A stretch of DNA of 64,000 nucleotides from Polyangiaceae bacterium (GTDB taxonomy: Bacteria; Myxococcota_A; Polyangia; Polyangiales; Polyangiaceae), in assembly GCA_035063585.1 (NCBI GenBank), contig JAPSGB010000012.1, positions 64,001 through 128,000 of the forward strand, given 5' to 3'. The notes under the pieces were generated by a model, which was not told the origin of the DNA, made no database searches, and saw nothing but the letters and a program-made list of their open reading frames with translations. The position numbers were made by a program, and so were the translations under genes. This document shows positions 9,491 through 21,028 of this stretch, piece after piece (position 1 is the stretch's first letter; every line of letters starts with the position of its first letter).

Positions 9491-10147
9491 ATGCGGATCG
9501 CGGTGCTGGGAACGGGAGACGTAGGGCGTACGCTCGCGAGCGCCTTCATCACGCTCGGGCACGAGGTCCGCATGGGCTCGCGAAGCGCTTCCAGCCCGAA
9601 GGCGCTGGCGTGGGCGAGCTCGGCGGGCGAGCGCGCGTCGGTGGGGACGTTCTCCGACGCGGCGGCGTGGGGCGAGTGGGTGGTCGTCGCGACGCTCGGC
9701 ACCGCGCTGCCGATGATGCTCCGCGCCGCGGGCGCCGAGAGCTTCGGTGACAAGCTCGTCATCGACACCACGGTGCCCATCGATCTCTCGAGCGGTCGAC
9801 CGGCGCTCGCGCTCGGGTTCACCGAGTCGTGTGGCGAGCAGCTGCAGGCGTTCCTGCCTCGCGCCAAGGTGGTGAAGGCGTTCACCACCGTGGGGCACTC
9901 GCTGATGTTCCGGCCCGCGCTCGAGGGCGGGCCGCCCGACATGTTCGTGTGCGGCGACGACGCCGAAGCGAAACGGCGGGTGGGTGAGCTGCTCGCCGAG
10001 ATGGGGTGGGGGATGGTCGATGTCGGCGGTATCCTCACCTCGCGCTACCTCGAGCCGATGGCGCTCGTGTGGATGCTCGTGGGCGTCCAGCGCGGCGGCT
10101 TCGCGCACGCGTTCAAGCTCATCGGTCGAGGCGAAGCGGCGCGCTGA
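9491..10147 (+). CDS. NADPH-dependent F420 reductase / F420_oxidored family dinucleotide-binding oxidoreductase
   Basis: GGAGGAG SD; MRIAVLGTGDVG Rossmann motif; KVVKAF and CGDDAEAK motifs. Confidence 0.88.
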   Translation: MRIAVLGTGDVGRTLASAFITLGHEVRMGSRSASSPKALAWASSAGERASVGTFSDAAAWGEWVVVATLGTALPMMLRAAGAESFGDKLVIDTTVPIDLSSGRPALALGFTESCGEQLQAFLPRAKVVKAFTTVGHSLMFRPALEGGPPDMFVCGDDAEAKRRVGELLAEMGWGMVDVGGILTSRYLEPMALVWMLVGVQRGGFAHAFKLIGRGEAAR

Positions 10148-10213
10148 GGAGGCCCGGGGGGGGTCGGTCCGGCGCGCAGCCGCACGCTTGCCCGCGGAGC
10201 GCCCGCACCGCGC

Positions 10214-11833
10214 TCACGGCATCGGCTGTGAGCGCGATGACGGCGCGCCGAGCATCTCGGGCCACCCGCCGCTCCACGCGAGCCGATCGACGAGCACGAT
10301 GCGGCCGGGCGCCTGCCCGACCTTTCCGGCCTGCCACGCGTGGTAGACGTGCACCCAGTCGCCCGACGGCCCTTGCAGGATCGAACCATGGCCGGGACCC
10401 GCCCAGTCCCCGCGACTCGAGAGGATGGGCGCTCCCTTCTTGGTGAACGGCCCGAGCGGCGAGCTGGCCTTGGCGACCCCGACCCCGTAGCTCGAGCTCG
10501 CGTAGCCGTTGCCGCTGTAAAAGAGGAAGAACTCTCCGCCCCGCTCGATCATCCACGGCCCCTCGACGAGCGGGCCCTCCCAGCCGAGCGTGTTGGTGAT
10601 GAGCGTGGTCGGAGAGCCTTCCAGGGAGAGCCCATCCGGGGCGAGCTCCTGGAGCTTGATGGGCGTCGATTTTCCGGCTGCGTTCCCGTCGACCTTCCAC
10701 AGGATGTATTGTTTCCCTGAGGAAGCGCGGAAATAGTGCGCGTCGATGGCGCCCGGGCTCGGCTCGGTGACGAGCGGATGTCCGAGGTCGGTGAAGGGGC
10801 CGCCCGGCGCGGGCGCGCTCGCGGCGCCGATCGCGTAGGTGCCCGAGCTCCGCGCGCGCGCGCTGTAGTAGACGACGTAGCCGCCGCCCACCGCGTGGAT
10901 CTCGGGCGCCCAGAAGTTCTCGCTCGCCCACCCGGGCGCGCTCCCGAACACCGAGCCCTCGCGCTTCCAGTGCACGAGATCCTTCGAGGTGCGGATGGGG
11001 AAGCCGGGCCCCGGCGTGCAGACCATGTAATAGGTGTCTCCCGCGCGGAGCACGCCGGGATCCGGGCAGTCGGTGCCCACCACCGGGTTCGCGTAGAGCC
11101 CGTCGCACGCGGTGTGGCGAAAGGACAGATCACAGGCGTTTCCGCCGGCGAAGTACGGAGTCCAGCCGTTCGACAGGGTCGCGAAGGACTGGCCGCCGCT
11201 CGCCGAGCAGGTGCCGTTCCAGGTGACCACGCCGGCGACGTCGTCGTAGCGGTTCGCGTGGCCGGCCCCTGCGATCCAGGCGGGCCCGTACGAGACGCGC
11301 GTCTCGCAGCTCGTCGGCACGCCCGCGCAGCCGGCGGTGTAGTCGAGCGCGATGACGCAGCTCTTGCCGTGGAAGAACGGGGCCCAGCCGTTCGAGAGCG
11401 GCGCCGAGGCGTTGCCGCTGCCGTCGACCGCGCAGCTTCCGTCCCAAGTGACCACGCCGTCGACCTCGTCGTAGTCGCTTGCGTGACCGTCGGGGCGAAA
11501 CCAACCCGAGCCGTAGGTGATCCGGGTCCGGCACGGCTCGACGCCGGGCGCCCCGCCGCTCGCCGCGCCGCCCGCGCCTGCGCCGCCGTCCGGCGCCGCT
11601 CCCGCGAGGCCGCCGGCGCCGGCGTTCGTCACGCCGGCGCTGCCCGCCGCCACGCCGCCGGCGCTCCCGCCCGAGCCCGCCGCGCCGCCGCCGCTCCCGG
11701 GCGAGTTGGCGCGCCCACCGTTCGCGGACGCCTCGCCGCTCGCGTCCTCGGCGCCACAGGCGGTCATGACGAGCGGGGCGGGGAGGCAGAGGAGCGCCGC
11801 GAGCGCGACGGCGGAGCGAGTACTCGAGCGCAT
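10214..11833 (-). CDS. Glycoside hydrolase family 43 lipoprotein with two N-terminal repeats
   Basis: Lipobox MTAC; DPGV, WAPEI, AIDA, VEGPW and GPGHGS GH43 motifs. Confidence 0.9.
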   Translation of the reverse strand: MRSSTRSAVALAALLCLPAPLVMTACGAEDASGEASANGGRANSPGSGGGAAGSGGSAGGVAAGSAGVTNAGAGGLAGAAPDGGAGAGGAASGGAPGVEPCRTRITYGSGWFRPDGHASDYDEVDGVVTWDGSCAVDGSGNASAPLSNGWAPFFHGKSCVIALDYTAGCAGVPTSCETRVSYGPAWIAGAGHANRYDDVAGVVTWNGTCSASGGQSFATLSNGWTPYFAGGNACDLSFRHTACDGLYANPVVGTDCPDPGVLRAGDTYYMVCTPGPGFPIRTSKDLVHWKREGSVFGSAPGWASENFWAPEIHAVGGGYVVYYSARARSSGTYAIGAASAPAPGGPFTDLGHPLVTEPSPGAIDAHYFRASSGKQYILWKVDGNAAGKSTPIKLQELAPDGLSLEGSPTTLITNTLGWEGPLVEGPWMIERGGEFFLFYSGNGYASSSYGVGVAKASSPLGPFTKKGAPILSSRGDWAGPGHGSILQGPSGDWVHVYHAWQAGKVGQAPGRIVLVDRLAWSGGWPEMLGAPSSRSQPMP

Positions 11834-11925
11834 GGCGACAGAATACCACTCTCGGCGCGGCGACGGAGAGCGCGGCGCGTCCCCGCCCGTCGACGCGCGA
11901 CGCCGGCTGATGTACACCCGGCGGT

Positions 11926-12402
11926 ATGGCGACTAGGCTCCCGAAGCAGGCGTTTCTGGCCATCGCAGCGGTGGCGTGGGCGGACGGCCGGATGCGGCGT
12001 GACGAGGCGGACGGGCTCCTCCGCGCGGCGCGCGCGAGCGGCCTCGACGGAGACGAGCTCGCCGCGCTCGAACGAGCGACCGCGAGCGCGCTCGACCTCG
12101 GCGCGGTCGAGCTCGGTGAGCTGAACCGCTGGCAGCGCGCGCTCACGTATGCGTTCGCGTCGTGGCTCGCGCGGCTCGACGGCGTGGTGAACGCCGAGGA
12201 GCTCGCCACGCTCCGCAAGCTCGGCGCCGCGCTCGAGCTGCCGCAGCCGACGCTCGCGAGCGCGGCGTCGGCCGCCTTCGACATCGCGTGCCTGCCCGAC
12301 GGGCACCGCCCGGAGAAATACGATTTTCGCGCGCTCGAGGAGCGGCTCATGGAAAAGCTTCCCGGCTCGTTCCGCGAGTCGCACGCGCCGACCGCTTCCT
12401 GA
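11926..12402 (+). CDS. TerB-like (tellurite resistance / DUF533) protein
   Basis: AVAWADGRMRRDE and ARLDGVVNAEE paired TerB motifs. Confidence 0.7.
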   Translation: MATRLPKQAFLAIAAVAWADGRMRRDEADGLLRAARASGLDGDELAALERATASALDLGAVELGELNRWQRALTYAFASWLARLDGVVNAEELATLRKLGAALELPQPTLASAASAAFDIACLPDGHRPEKYDFRALEERLMEKLPGSFRESHAPTAS

Positions 12403-12454
12403 GCTGGCGCGCACGGGCCGAGCTCGCACCCTTCGCCGAGCCGAGGAGAGTACC

Positions 12455-13147
12455 TTGTCCGAGAGTCGCAAGCTCCGCCGCGCGCAGCGCGCCCGCCGCG
12501 AGCGCGCCGAGACGCCCGAGCCCATCAAGGATCGCGACGCGCTCCGGCGCGAGCTCGCCAGCGAGCGCTTCAAGAGGCCGGGCTCGGAGGCGCTCTGGAG
12601 CGCGCTCCTCGGCTGGGAGCTCGCGCGGCTCGAGCGGATCTGGCTCTGTCAGGCCGTCCACGACGCGGCGCGGCGACAGGACGCGGCGCTCGTCCGGCGC
12701 GAGCTCCTCGCTCGGGCGCCCGCGGTCGCCGAGCGCCTGGCGAGCGACGAGAGCGCGCGCGCGGTCGAGCTCTGCGGGTCGAGCGGCGACGAGTACCGCG
12801 CGGGCAACCCCTCGCCCAAGTGGCACTACCTCGCGAGCGTCGCCGCGCGGCTCGGGCTCGGTGAGCCGACCCCGGACGAGCTCCAGGATGACTGGGAAGT
12901 GTGGACCAGCATGGCGCTCGCCGCGCCGGTGCGAAAGGCGCTCCTCGACGCGCTCGCCGAGGCCGAGAAGCTCGCCGGCGTGCTCGCCAAGGGCGCGCGC
13001 TCCGAGCGCGCCGGCGCGGTCGCCAACGTGACGCGTGCGGTGTGGTCGGCGCTCGCGTACGGCGAGGAGCCGGCGCTCGCGCGCGTGGAGGGCTGGAGCG
13101 CCGAGTGGCTCGCCGCGCTCGCCCGGGCCGATGTTCACTCGAAGTGA
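12455..13147 (+). CDS. Hypothetical protein
   Basis: AGGAG then TTG; helical, protein-like composition; fills the gap between neighbours. Confidence 0.6.
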   Translation: MSESRKLRRAQRARRERAETPEPIKDRDALRRELASERFKRPGSEALWSALLGWELARLERIWLCQAVHDAARRQDAALVRRELLARAPAVAERLASDESARAVELCGSSGDEYRAGNPSPKWHYLASVAARLGLGEPTPDELQDDWEVWTSMALAAPVRKALLDALAEAEKLAGVLAKGARSERAGAVANVTRAVWSALAYGEEPALARVEGWSAEWLAALARADVHSK

Positions 13148-13207
13148 ACAGAGTTATTGAACGTTCATGGCTGGGGGCCCGGGCTCGCGCCGCCGGCCGC
13201 GCCGTGC

Positions 13208-15013
13208 CTACAGGACCTCGAGCCGCCTGGGATCCGGGGGAGCTGGGGTCGGTTCGGCGCGAAGCCGGGCGGGGGGCGGCTCGGGCCACTCGCCCGGCGC
13301 GAACGGGAGCGGCCCCGGCAGGGTGGGCTGGGTGTTCTTCTCGAAGAGCGCGAACTCGTGGCTCGCGTCGAGCTCGAGCGAGAGCCCGCGCTCGGGCCCG
13401 CGGGCCGCGAACCACGCGCGCGCCGCTTGCACGTTCGCGATGAGCACCGCGTGCTGCGGATCGCGGCGCGCTGCTTCGAGGAACCGCGCCTGCATCCCTT
13501 CGATATTTCCCTGTCGAAAGGCGATGCAGCCGAGCAGGTTGAGCGCGACGCCGGGGGTCGGGTGGCCCGCGTCGAGCGCCCGGCGAGCGTGGTGGGCGGC
13601 TTCGTCGAAGGCGCAGGCGCGGTAGAGCGCGCCGGCGAGATCGAGCTCGGCCGCGTGGTGGCCGCCGAGTCGCTCGACGATGGCGCGCGCCTCGGCGACG
13701 CTCGGGCGGTAGGCGACGTGGAGCCCCTTGTTCGCGGCGAACCAGTCGTTCATCTCGCGCGCGAGCTCGGGGGTCGCGTCGAAGGGCATCTTGAGCTCTT
13801 GGAACGTCTCGCTGAAGTATTGCTCGCGGCGCACCTTGCCGCTCGCCTCGGCGTCGTCGAAGTCCTGCGTGCCCGGGTAGATGCTGAGGCACGAGAAGAG
13901 GTACTGGTGCGGCCGGGCCGCATCGAGGAACCGCAAGGACTCGTGGAACGTCTCCCGGGTCTCGCCGCGGTTGCCGAGCATCATGTAGAAGCGCACGGCG
14001 ATGCCGTAGCGCTTCGCCATCTCGGTGCCGGCGAGGATCTCATCGACCGTGATCTTCTTGTTGATGGCGCCGAGGATGGCTGGCGAGCCGCTCTCGACGC
14101 CGAGGCTCAGCCGCTCGCAGCCCGCGAGGCGCATCTCGTAGAGGAGCTCTTCGCTCAGCACGTCCACGCGGGTGTCGCAGCTCCAGAGAAATGAGAGCTT
14201 TCGCGCGCGGATCCCGCGGCAGAGCTCGAGCACGCGCTTGCGGTTGGCGGTGAAGGTGTCGTCCTTCACGATGAGCATCTTGACGGGGAGCTGCTCGACG
14301 GCGTGCGCGATGTCGTCGAGCACGGTCGGGACGCTCCGCGCGCGGTAGCCGCGGCCCCAGGTGGTGTCGGCGCCGCAGAACGTGCAGGCCCAGGGGCAGC
14401 CGCGGCTGGTCATCAGGATGTGGGTCGCGAAGTAGTCGTGCGGCGAGGCGAGCGCGTCGAGCTTCGGGATCGCCGGGCGGCGCGGCCCCTCGACGAGCTC
14501 GCCGCCTTGGCGGTAGAACGTCCCGGCGAGGCCCGTCGCCGGCTCGCCGCGCTCGAGCCGCTCGATGAGCTCGAGGAAGGTGTGCTCGCTCTCGCCGACC
14601 GCGAGCGTGTCGATCTCCGGGTGGTGCGCGAGCATCTCGCGGGCGAGCGGGGTCGCGTGCGGCCCTCCGACCACCACGTGCACTCCCGGGCGGAGGCGCT
14701 TCAGCTCCCGCGCGACGAGGCCGACCCCGCGGCGATTCGAGGTCCAGCACGACATGCCGACGAGCTCCGCGTCGAGCCCTTCGAGGAGCTCGCGCGTCTT
14801 CGTCCAGGGGTAACCCGAGAGGTTCAAGACCTTCACCTGGTGGCCGGCCCGGAGCGCCTGCGCGGCGAGGCTCAGGAGCCCGTACGGTACCTGATGGAAG
14901 TCGGAGTCGAGATCGCCCTCGCGGTACCCGGCAGGCGGCCCGTCGCGGCCGAGGCTCGGCTCGCCGGGGAGCGGGATCTTCCAGGGCGGCGGGTAGATGA
15001 GGGCGATGCGCAC
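13208..15013 (-). CDS. B12-binding radical SAM protein with C-terminal TPR-like region
   Basis: VVGGPHAT B12-binding motif, SRGCPWACTFC CxxxCxxC, LGVESGS, TPR-like tail. Confidence 0.9.
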   Translation of the reverse strand: MRIALIYPPPWKIPLPGEPSLGRDGPPAGYREGDLDSDFHQVPYGLLSLAAQALRAGHQVKVLNLSGYPWTKTRELLEGLDAELVGMSCWTSNRRGVGLVARELKRLRPGVHVVVGGPHATPLAREMLAHHPEIDTLAVGESEHTFLELIERLERGEPATGLAGTFYRQGGELVEGPRRPAIPKLDALASPHDYFATHILMTSRGCPWACTFCGADTTWGRGYRARSVPTVLDDIAHAVEQLPVKMLIVKDDTFTANRKRVLELCRGIRARKLSFLWSCDTRVDVLSEELLYEMRLAGCERLSLGVESGSPAILGAINKKITVDEILAGTEMAKRYGIAVRFYMMLGNRGETRETFHESLRFLDAARPHQYLFSCLSIYPGTQDFDDAEASGKVRREQYFSETFQELKMPFDATPELAREMNDWFAANKGLHVAYRPSVAEARAIVERLGGHHAAELDLAGALYRACAFDEAAHHARRALDAGHPTPGVALNLLGCIAFRQGNIEGMQARFLEAARRDPQHAVLIANVQAARAWFAARGPERGLSLELDASHEFALFEKNTQPTLPGPLPFAPGEWPEPPPARLRAEPTPAPPDPRRLEVL

Positions 15014-15107
15014 GCCGTGAGTCTAACCGGGGCGGCTCGCCAGGGCAGCTTCGGATGGGGTCGTGCGTTCGCGGGCGGCTCTGGCATGCTACGGAGCGAG
15101 GTCGCCG

Positions 15108-15755
15108 ATGTTGTTTGGACGAAAGCTGGTCGAGCTCCCCCGCCCGGGCGAGGCGCTGCCGGGCCGCTCCGAGCCCGTGACGGTGCCCGAGCGGCACTTC
15201 GTGAACGGTCACCGACTCGAGCCCCCGTTTCCCTCCGGGCTCGAGCGCGCCCTCTTCGGGATGGGGTGCTTCTGGGGCGCGGAGCGAAAATTCTGGGAGG
15301 AGCCGGGCGTGTACTCGACCGCCTCGGGCTACGCGGGCGGCGCGACGCCGAACCCCACCTACGAGGAGGTGTGCTCGGGGCGCACCGGGCACGCCGAGGT
15401 GGTGCTCGCGGTGTTCGAGCCGGCGGTCGTGCCCTACGAGCGGCTGCTTCGGATTTTCTGGGAGCACCACGACCCGACCCAGGGCATGCGCCAGGGAAAC
15501 GACGTCGGGACCCAGTATCGCTCGGCGATTTTCCCGACCAGCGCCGAGCAGGAGCGCGCCGCGCTCGCCTCGCGCGACGCCTACGCAGCGCGTCTCGCCG
15601 AGCGCGGCTTCGGCGCCGTCACCACCGAGATCCGCGCGGGCGCCGACTTCTATTACGCGGAAGCCTACCACCAGCAGTATCTCGCCAAGAACCCGGACGG
15701 CTACTGCGGGCTCGGCGGCACCGGGGTGAGCTGCCCGGCGGGGCTCGGCGCGTGA
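15108..15755 (+). CDS. msrA: Peptide-methionine (S)-S-oxide reductase
   Basis: [27 protein letters not shown] and YHQQYL motifs. Confidence 0.97.
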   Translation: MLFGRKLVELPRPGEALPGRSEPVTVPERHFVNGHRLEPPFPSGLERALFGMGCFWGAERKFWEEPGVYSTASGYAGGATPNPTYEEVCSGRTGHAEVVLAVFEPAVVPYERLLRIFWEHHDPTQGMRQGNDVGTQYRSAIFPTSAEQERAALASRDAYAARLAERGFGAVTTEIRAGADFYYAEAYHQQYLAKNPDGYCGLGGTGVSCPAGLGA

Positions 15756-16459
15756 TCATCGACGAAGACGCGGGCCACGAGCTCCGCGAGCTCCTCGAGG
15801 TGCCGCGCGCCGCGCGCGAGCTCGCCTGGCAAGAGCGTTTCGAGGCGGCGCTCCGGGTGGCCCCGATGGTGAAGCTCGAAGATCGGATCCTCCAAGGGCC
15901 GGACGAGTTCCCGTACCTCGTCTTGAGCCAGCGGAGCGACGAGCCGCTCGAGCGGCTCGTGAGCGTGGGCGGCGTCGCCGAGGAGTGCACCGAGCGCGGG
16001 CTCGGCGTCGTCATCGATCCGAGCCCGAGCGGTCCGGCGTGGGTGCTCCACTACGGGCAGCTCTGGTCGCTCCGCGAGTACGGCGGCTTCGGCGGCGATC
16101 CGGCGGACGAGCGCCCGGAGCCGGGCGCGACGGTCGCCGCGCCCGAAGAGCGCGAGGTGCTCGTCGGGCAGCCGAGCGCGCGGATGCTGCCGGACTACGC
16201 GCGTCGCGTGCTCGACTCCTATCTGCGCCAGGCCGTCGGGCTCGCCGAGCCACGCGTGCTCGTCCTGGTCGATCCGACCCAGCGCCCCTCGCGGAACCTG
16301 GTCTTCAACGTGCACCCGGAGAAATTCCGCGACCCGCGCGCGATCGAGGCGGTGCTCGGCTCGCTCTCGTGGTTCATGCCGCCGGGGCGCGGCGTGCTCG
16401 CGCTCTCGGCGCGCGCGGGCTACGACGACGCCTTCGCGCCGCTCTGGCCTCCGAGCTGA
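15752..16459 (+). CDS. Hypothetical protein, possibly SseB-like
   Basis: GTGA overlap with the msrA stop; real part of the 14303..16459 [11 protein letters not shown] and EVLVGQPS resemble SseB N/C domains. Confidence 0.65.
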   Translation: MIIDEDAGHELRELLEVPRAARELAWQERFEAALRVAPMVKLEDRILQGPDEFPYLVLSQRSDEPLERLVSVGGVAEECTERGLGVVIDPSPSGPAWVLHYGQLWSLREYGGFGGDPADERPEPGATVAAPEEREVLVGQPSARMLPDYARRVLDSYLRQAVGLAEPRVLVLVDPTQRPSRNLVFNVHPEKFRDPRAIEAVLGSLSWFMPPGRGVLALSARAGYDDAFAPLWPPS

Positions 16460-16518
16460 GGCGCGCGGTCGCTCCGCGCGGCTGCGCGCCGGACCGGCAA
16501 CCCTGCTAGGCTGCCGCG

Positions 16519-18099
16519 GTGGAAGACCGGCGCGAAGTCTCCGTGGTGTTCGAGCTCGACGAGCCCGACGACGACGCCCGGCTCCGCGAGAAGGTGGCGC
16601 GCGCGATCGGTGCGAGCGCGGCGTCGCTGCCCGAGCTCGAGGTGCTGCGCCGCTCGATCGACGCGCGGCGCGGGCGGGTCCGCTTCAACGTGCTGGTCGG
16701 GCTCGGCCCCGGGAGCCGGGCGCCGCTCGGCGGCGCGCCGCCCCGCGAAGTCCGGCTCCCGGCGCGCGTCGTCATCGTGGGCGACGGCCCGGCGGGGCTC
16801 TTCGCGGCGTACGAGCTCGCGCGCGCGGGGGTCGCGGCGGTGGTGGTCGAGCGCGGCAAGCTGGTGCAGCCGCGCCGCCATGGGCTGGCTGCCTTGAACC
16901 AGCGGGGCGAGGTCGATCCGGAAAGCAATTACTGCTTCGGCGAGGGCGGCGCGGGGACCTACAGCGACGGAAAGCTCTACACGCGCGCGCACAAACGCGG
17001 CCGCGTGCGCGACGTCATCGAGCTGCTCGCCGCGCACGGCGCGCCCGAGGCGATCCTCACCGACGCGCGCCCGCACATCGGCTCGAACCGGCTCCCGAAG
17101 GTGGTGACCGCGCTCCGCGAGCGGCTGGAAGCGGTCGGCGTCGTCTTTCGCTTCGAGAGCCGAGTGGTCGAGCTCCTGGTGGAAGGGGGGTCGGGGCGGC
17201 GCGGAATCGCCGGGGTCCGGCTCGCGAGCGGCGAAGAGCTCGCGGCCGAGGCCGTCGTGCTCGCGACCGGACACTCGGCGCGCGACGTCTTGCTCATGCT
17301 CGAGCGCGCTGGCGTTCGGCTCGAGCCGAAGCCGTTCGCGCTCGGCGTGCGCGTCGAGCATCCGCAGCCGCTCGTCGACGGGATCCAGTATGGGCGCGCC
17401 GCCGGTCATCCGCGCCTGCCCGCCGCGTCGTATCGCGTCGCCGAGACCATCGACGGGCGCGGCGTGTTCTCGTTTTGCATGTGCCCGGGCGGGTTCGTGG
17501 TGCCGGCGGCGACCGAGCCGGGCGGCGTGGTCGTGAACGGTATGAGCCTCTCGCGCCGCGACTCGCCTTACGCGAATTCCGGGCTGGTCGTCGCCATCGA
17601 GCCCGAGGACGTCGCGCGCGCGGGATTCGCCGGGCCGCTCGGCGGCGTCGAGCTCCAGCGGCGGCTCGAGGAGGCCGCGTTCACGGCCGGCGGTGGCGCG
17701 CTCCGCGCTCCCGCGACGCGCGTCACGGACTTCGTCGCCGGACGCGCCTCGGCGACCGTACCGGACTCGAGCTATCGCCCCGGGCTCACCGCGGGCGAGC
17801 TCTCCGCCGTCCTCGCGGCGACCGGGCTGCCGGTGGCCGAGCGGCTGCGCGCGGCGCTCCGCGCATTCGGCGAGAGCCTGCGCGGATTTCTGAGCGAAGA
17901 GGCCGTGCTCATCGGCGTCGAGTCGCGGACCAGCTCGCCGGTGCGGGTGCCCCGCGAGCGGGACTCGCTCGAGTCGCCCGAGCTCACCGGCCTCTACCCG
18001 ACCGGCGAAGGGGCGGGCTACGCAGGCGGGATCGTGAGCGCGGCGGTGGACGGGCTGAACGTCGCGGAGCGGGTGATCGCCCGGCTCGCCGCGCGCTGA
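16519..18099 (+). CDS. FAD-dependent oxidoreductase (COG2509-type)
   Basis: VIVGDGPAG, FGEGGAGTYSDGKL, FCMCPGG and GEGAGYAGGIVSAA motifs. Confidence 0.92.
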   Translation: MEDRREVSVVFELDEPDDDARLREKVARAIGASAASLPELEVLRRSIDARRGRVRFNVLVGLGPGSRAPLGGAPPREVRLPARVVIVGDGPAGLFAAYELARAGVAAVVVERGKLVQPRRHGLAALNQRGEVDPESNYCFGEGGAGTYSDGKLYTRAHKRGRVRDVIELLAAHGAPEAILTDARPHIGSNRLPKVVTALRERLEAVGVVFRFESRVVELLVEGGSGRRGIAGVRLASGEELAAEAVVLATGHSARDVLLMLERAGVRLEPKPFALGVRVEHPQPLVDGIQYGRAAGHPRLPAASYRVAETIDGRGVFSFCMCPGGFVVPAATEPGGVVVNGMSLSRRDSPYANSGLVVAIEPEDVARAGFAGPLGGVELQRRLEEAAFTAGGGALRAPATRVTDFVAGRASATVPDSSYRPGLTAGELSAVLAATGLPVAERLRAALRAFGESLRGFLSEEAVLIGVESRTSSPVRVPRERDSLESPELTGLYPTGEGAGYAGGIVSAAVDGLNVAERVIARLAAR

Positions 18100-18115
18100 G
18101 CGCGGCCGCGCCGTC

Positions 18116-20374
<2,259 letters not shown>

Positions 20375-20378
20375 CTCG

Positions 20379-20669
20379 TCACCGATACTTCAGCACTTCC
20401 ATCAGCTCGCTCACCATCGCGTCGGCGTCGCCTCGCTCGCTCGCGGTCACCACGTGAGCCCTCAGGTGGCTCTGGAGGATGAGCGCGCTCACCTTCTCGA
20501 GCGCGCCCGACACGGCCTTCAGCTGCGTCAGCACGTCCACGCAGTATGCGGAGTCGTCGTCGAGCATGCGGAGCACGCCATCGACGTGCCCTCGGACGCT
20601 CTGGAGCCGGCGACGCGCCTGGGCGCGAGCCTCGTCGTCCAGCCGCATCGCGTGGCAGGTGCGCTTCAC
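20379..20669 (-). CDS. csoR: CsoR/RcnR-family metal-sensing repressor
   Basis: [17 protein letters not shown]...[12 protein letters not shown]...HLRAH; GTG overlaps the copZ stop (alternative ATG at 20648). Confidence 0.92.
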   Translation of the reverse strand: MKRTCHAMRLDDEARAQARRRLQSVRGHVDGVLRMLDDDSAYCVDVLTQLKAVSGALEKVSALILQSHLRAHVVTASERGDADAMVSELMEVLKYR

Positions 20670-20869
20670 GGCGCGGCCTCGGCCTGATAGCCCTCCTCGA
20701 CGACCGCGGCGAGGAGCGCCGCGAGATCGGGCGCGCCCTCGACGACGGCCTCTTCGCGGACGCGGTCGACGCTCACCACCCGGGTGACCCCCGGCACCGC
20801 GCCGAGCGCTCGGGTGACCGACCGCTCGCAGTGCCCGCACGTCAGTCCCTTTATTTTCAGCTTGATCAT
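20666..20869 (-). CDS. copZ: Copper chaperone (HMA domain)
   Basis: MIKLKIKGLTCGHC, 67 aa; GAGG SD. Confidence 0.92.
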   Translation of the reverse strand: MIKLKIKGLTCGHCERSVTRALGAVPGVTRVVSVDRVREEAVVEGAPDLAALLAAVVEEGYQAEAAP

Positions 20870-20911
20870 CGCCTCTGCTCCTCGTCTCGGGCCGCGCCGC
20901 GGCCCCTCGAT

Positions 20912-20931
20912 CCCTACCCCCGGGGGTAGGG
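20912..20931. promoter_or_regulatory. CsoR operator
   Basis: Perfect 20-bp palindrome CCCTACCCCCGGGGGTAGGG, matching the TAC-C-tract/G-tract-GTA pattern of CsoR sites, 43 bp upstream of copZ. Confidence 0.85.
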
Positions 20932-20939
20932 GTAGCCGG

Positions 20940-20968
20940 AACATGGGGCGCGCGGGCGCCGGGGTCAA
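20940..20968 (-). promoter_or_regulatory. sigma70-like promoter of copZ-csoR-copA
   Basis: Minus strand TTGACC-N17-CATGTT directly upstream of the operator. Confidence 0.65.
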
Positions 20969-21028
20969 GGGCGCGCGCCTCGGCGTGAGCCCGAGAGACG
21001 GCCGCGGGCCGCTCCCGGAGCTCGTCCG

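Noticed and set aside
11926..13147. TerB plus hypothetical gene as an anti-phage or ter stress island
   Set aside because: No other ter, nuclease or defence domains nearby; insufficient support.
14303..15751. N-terminal part of the 718-aa ORF 14303..16459
   Set aside because: Overlaps the radical SAM gene and msrA; only the part from GTG 15752 looks like real protein.
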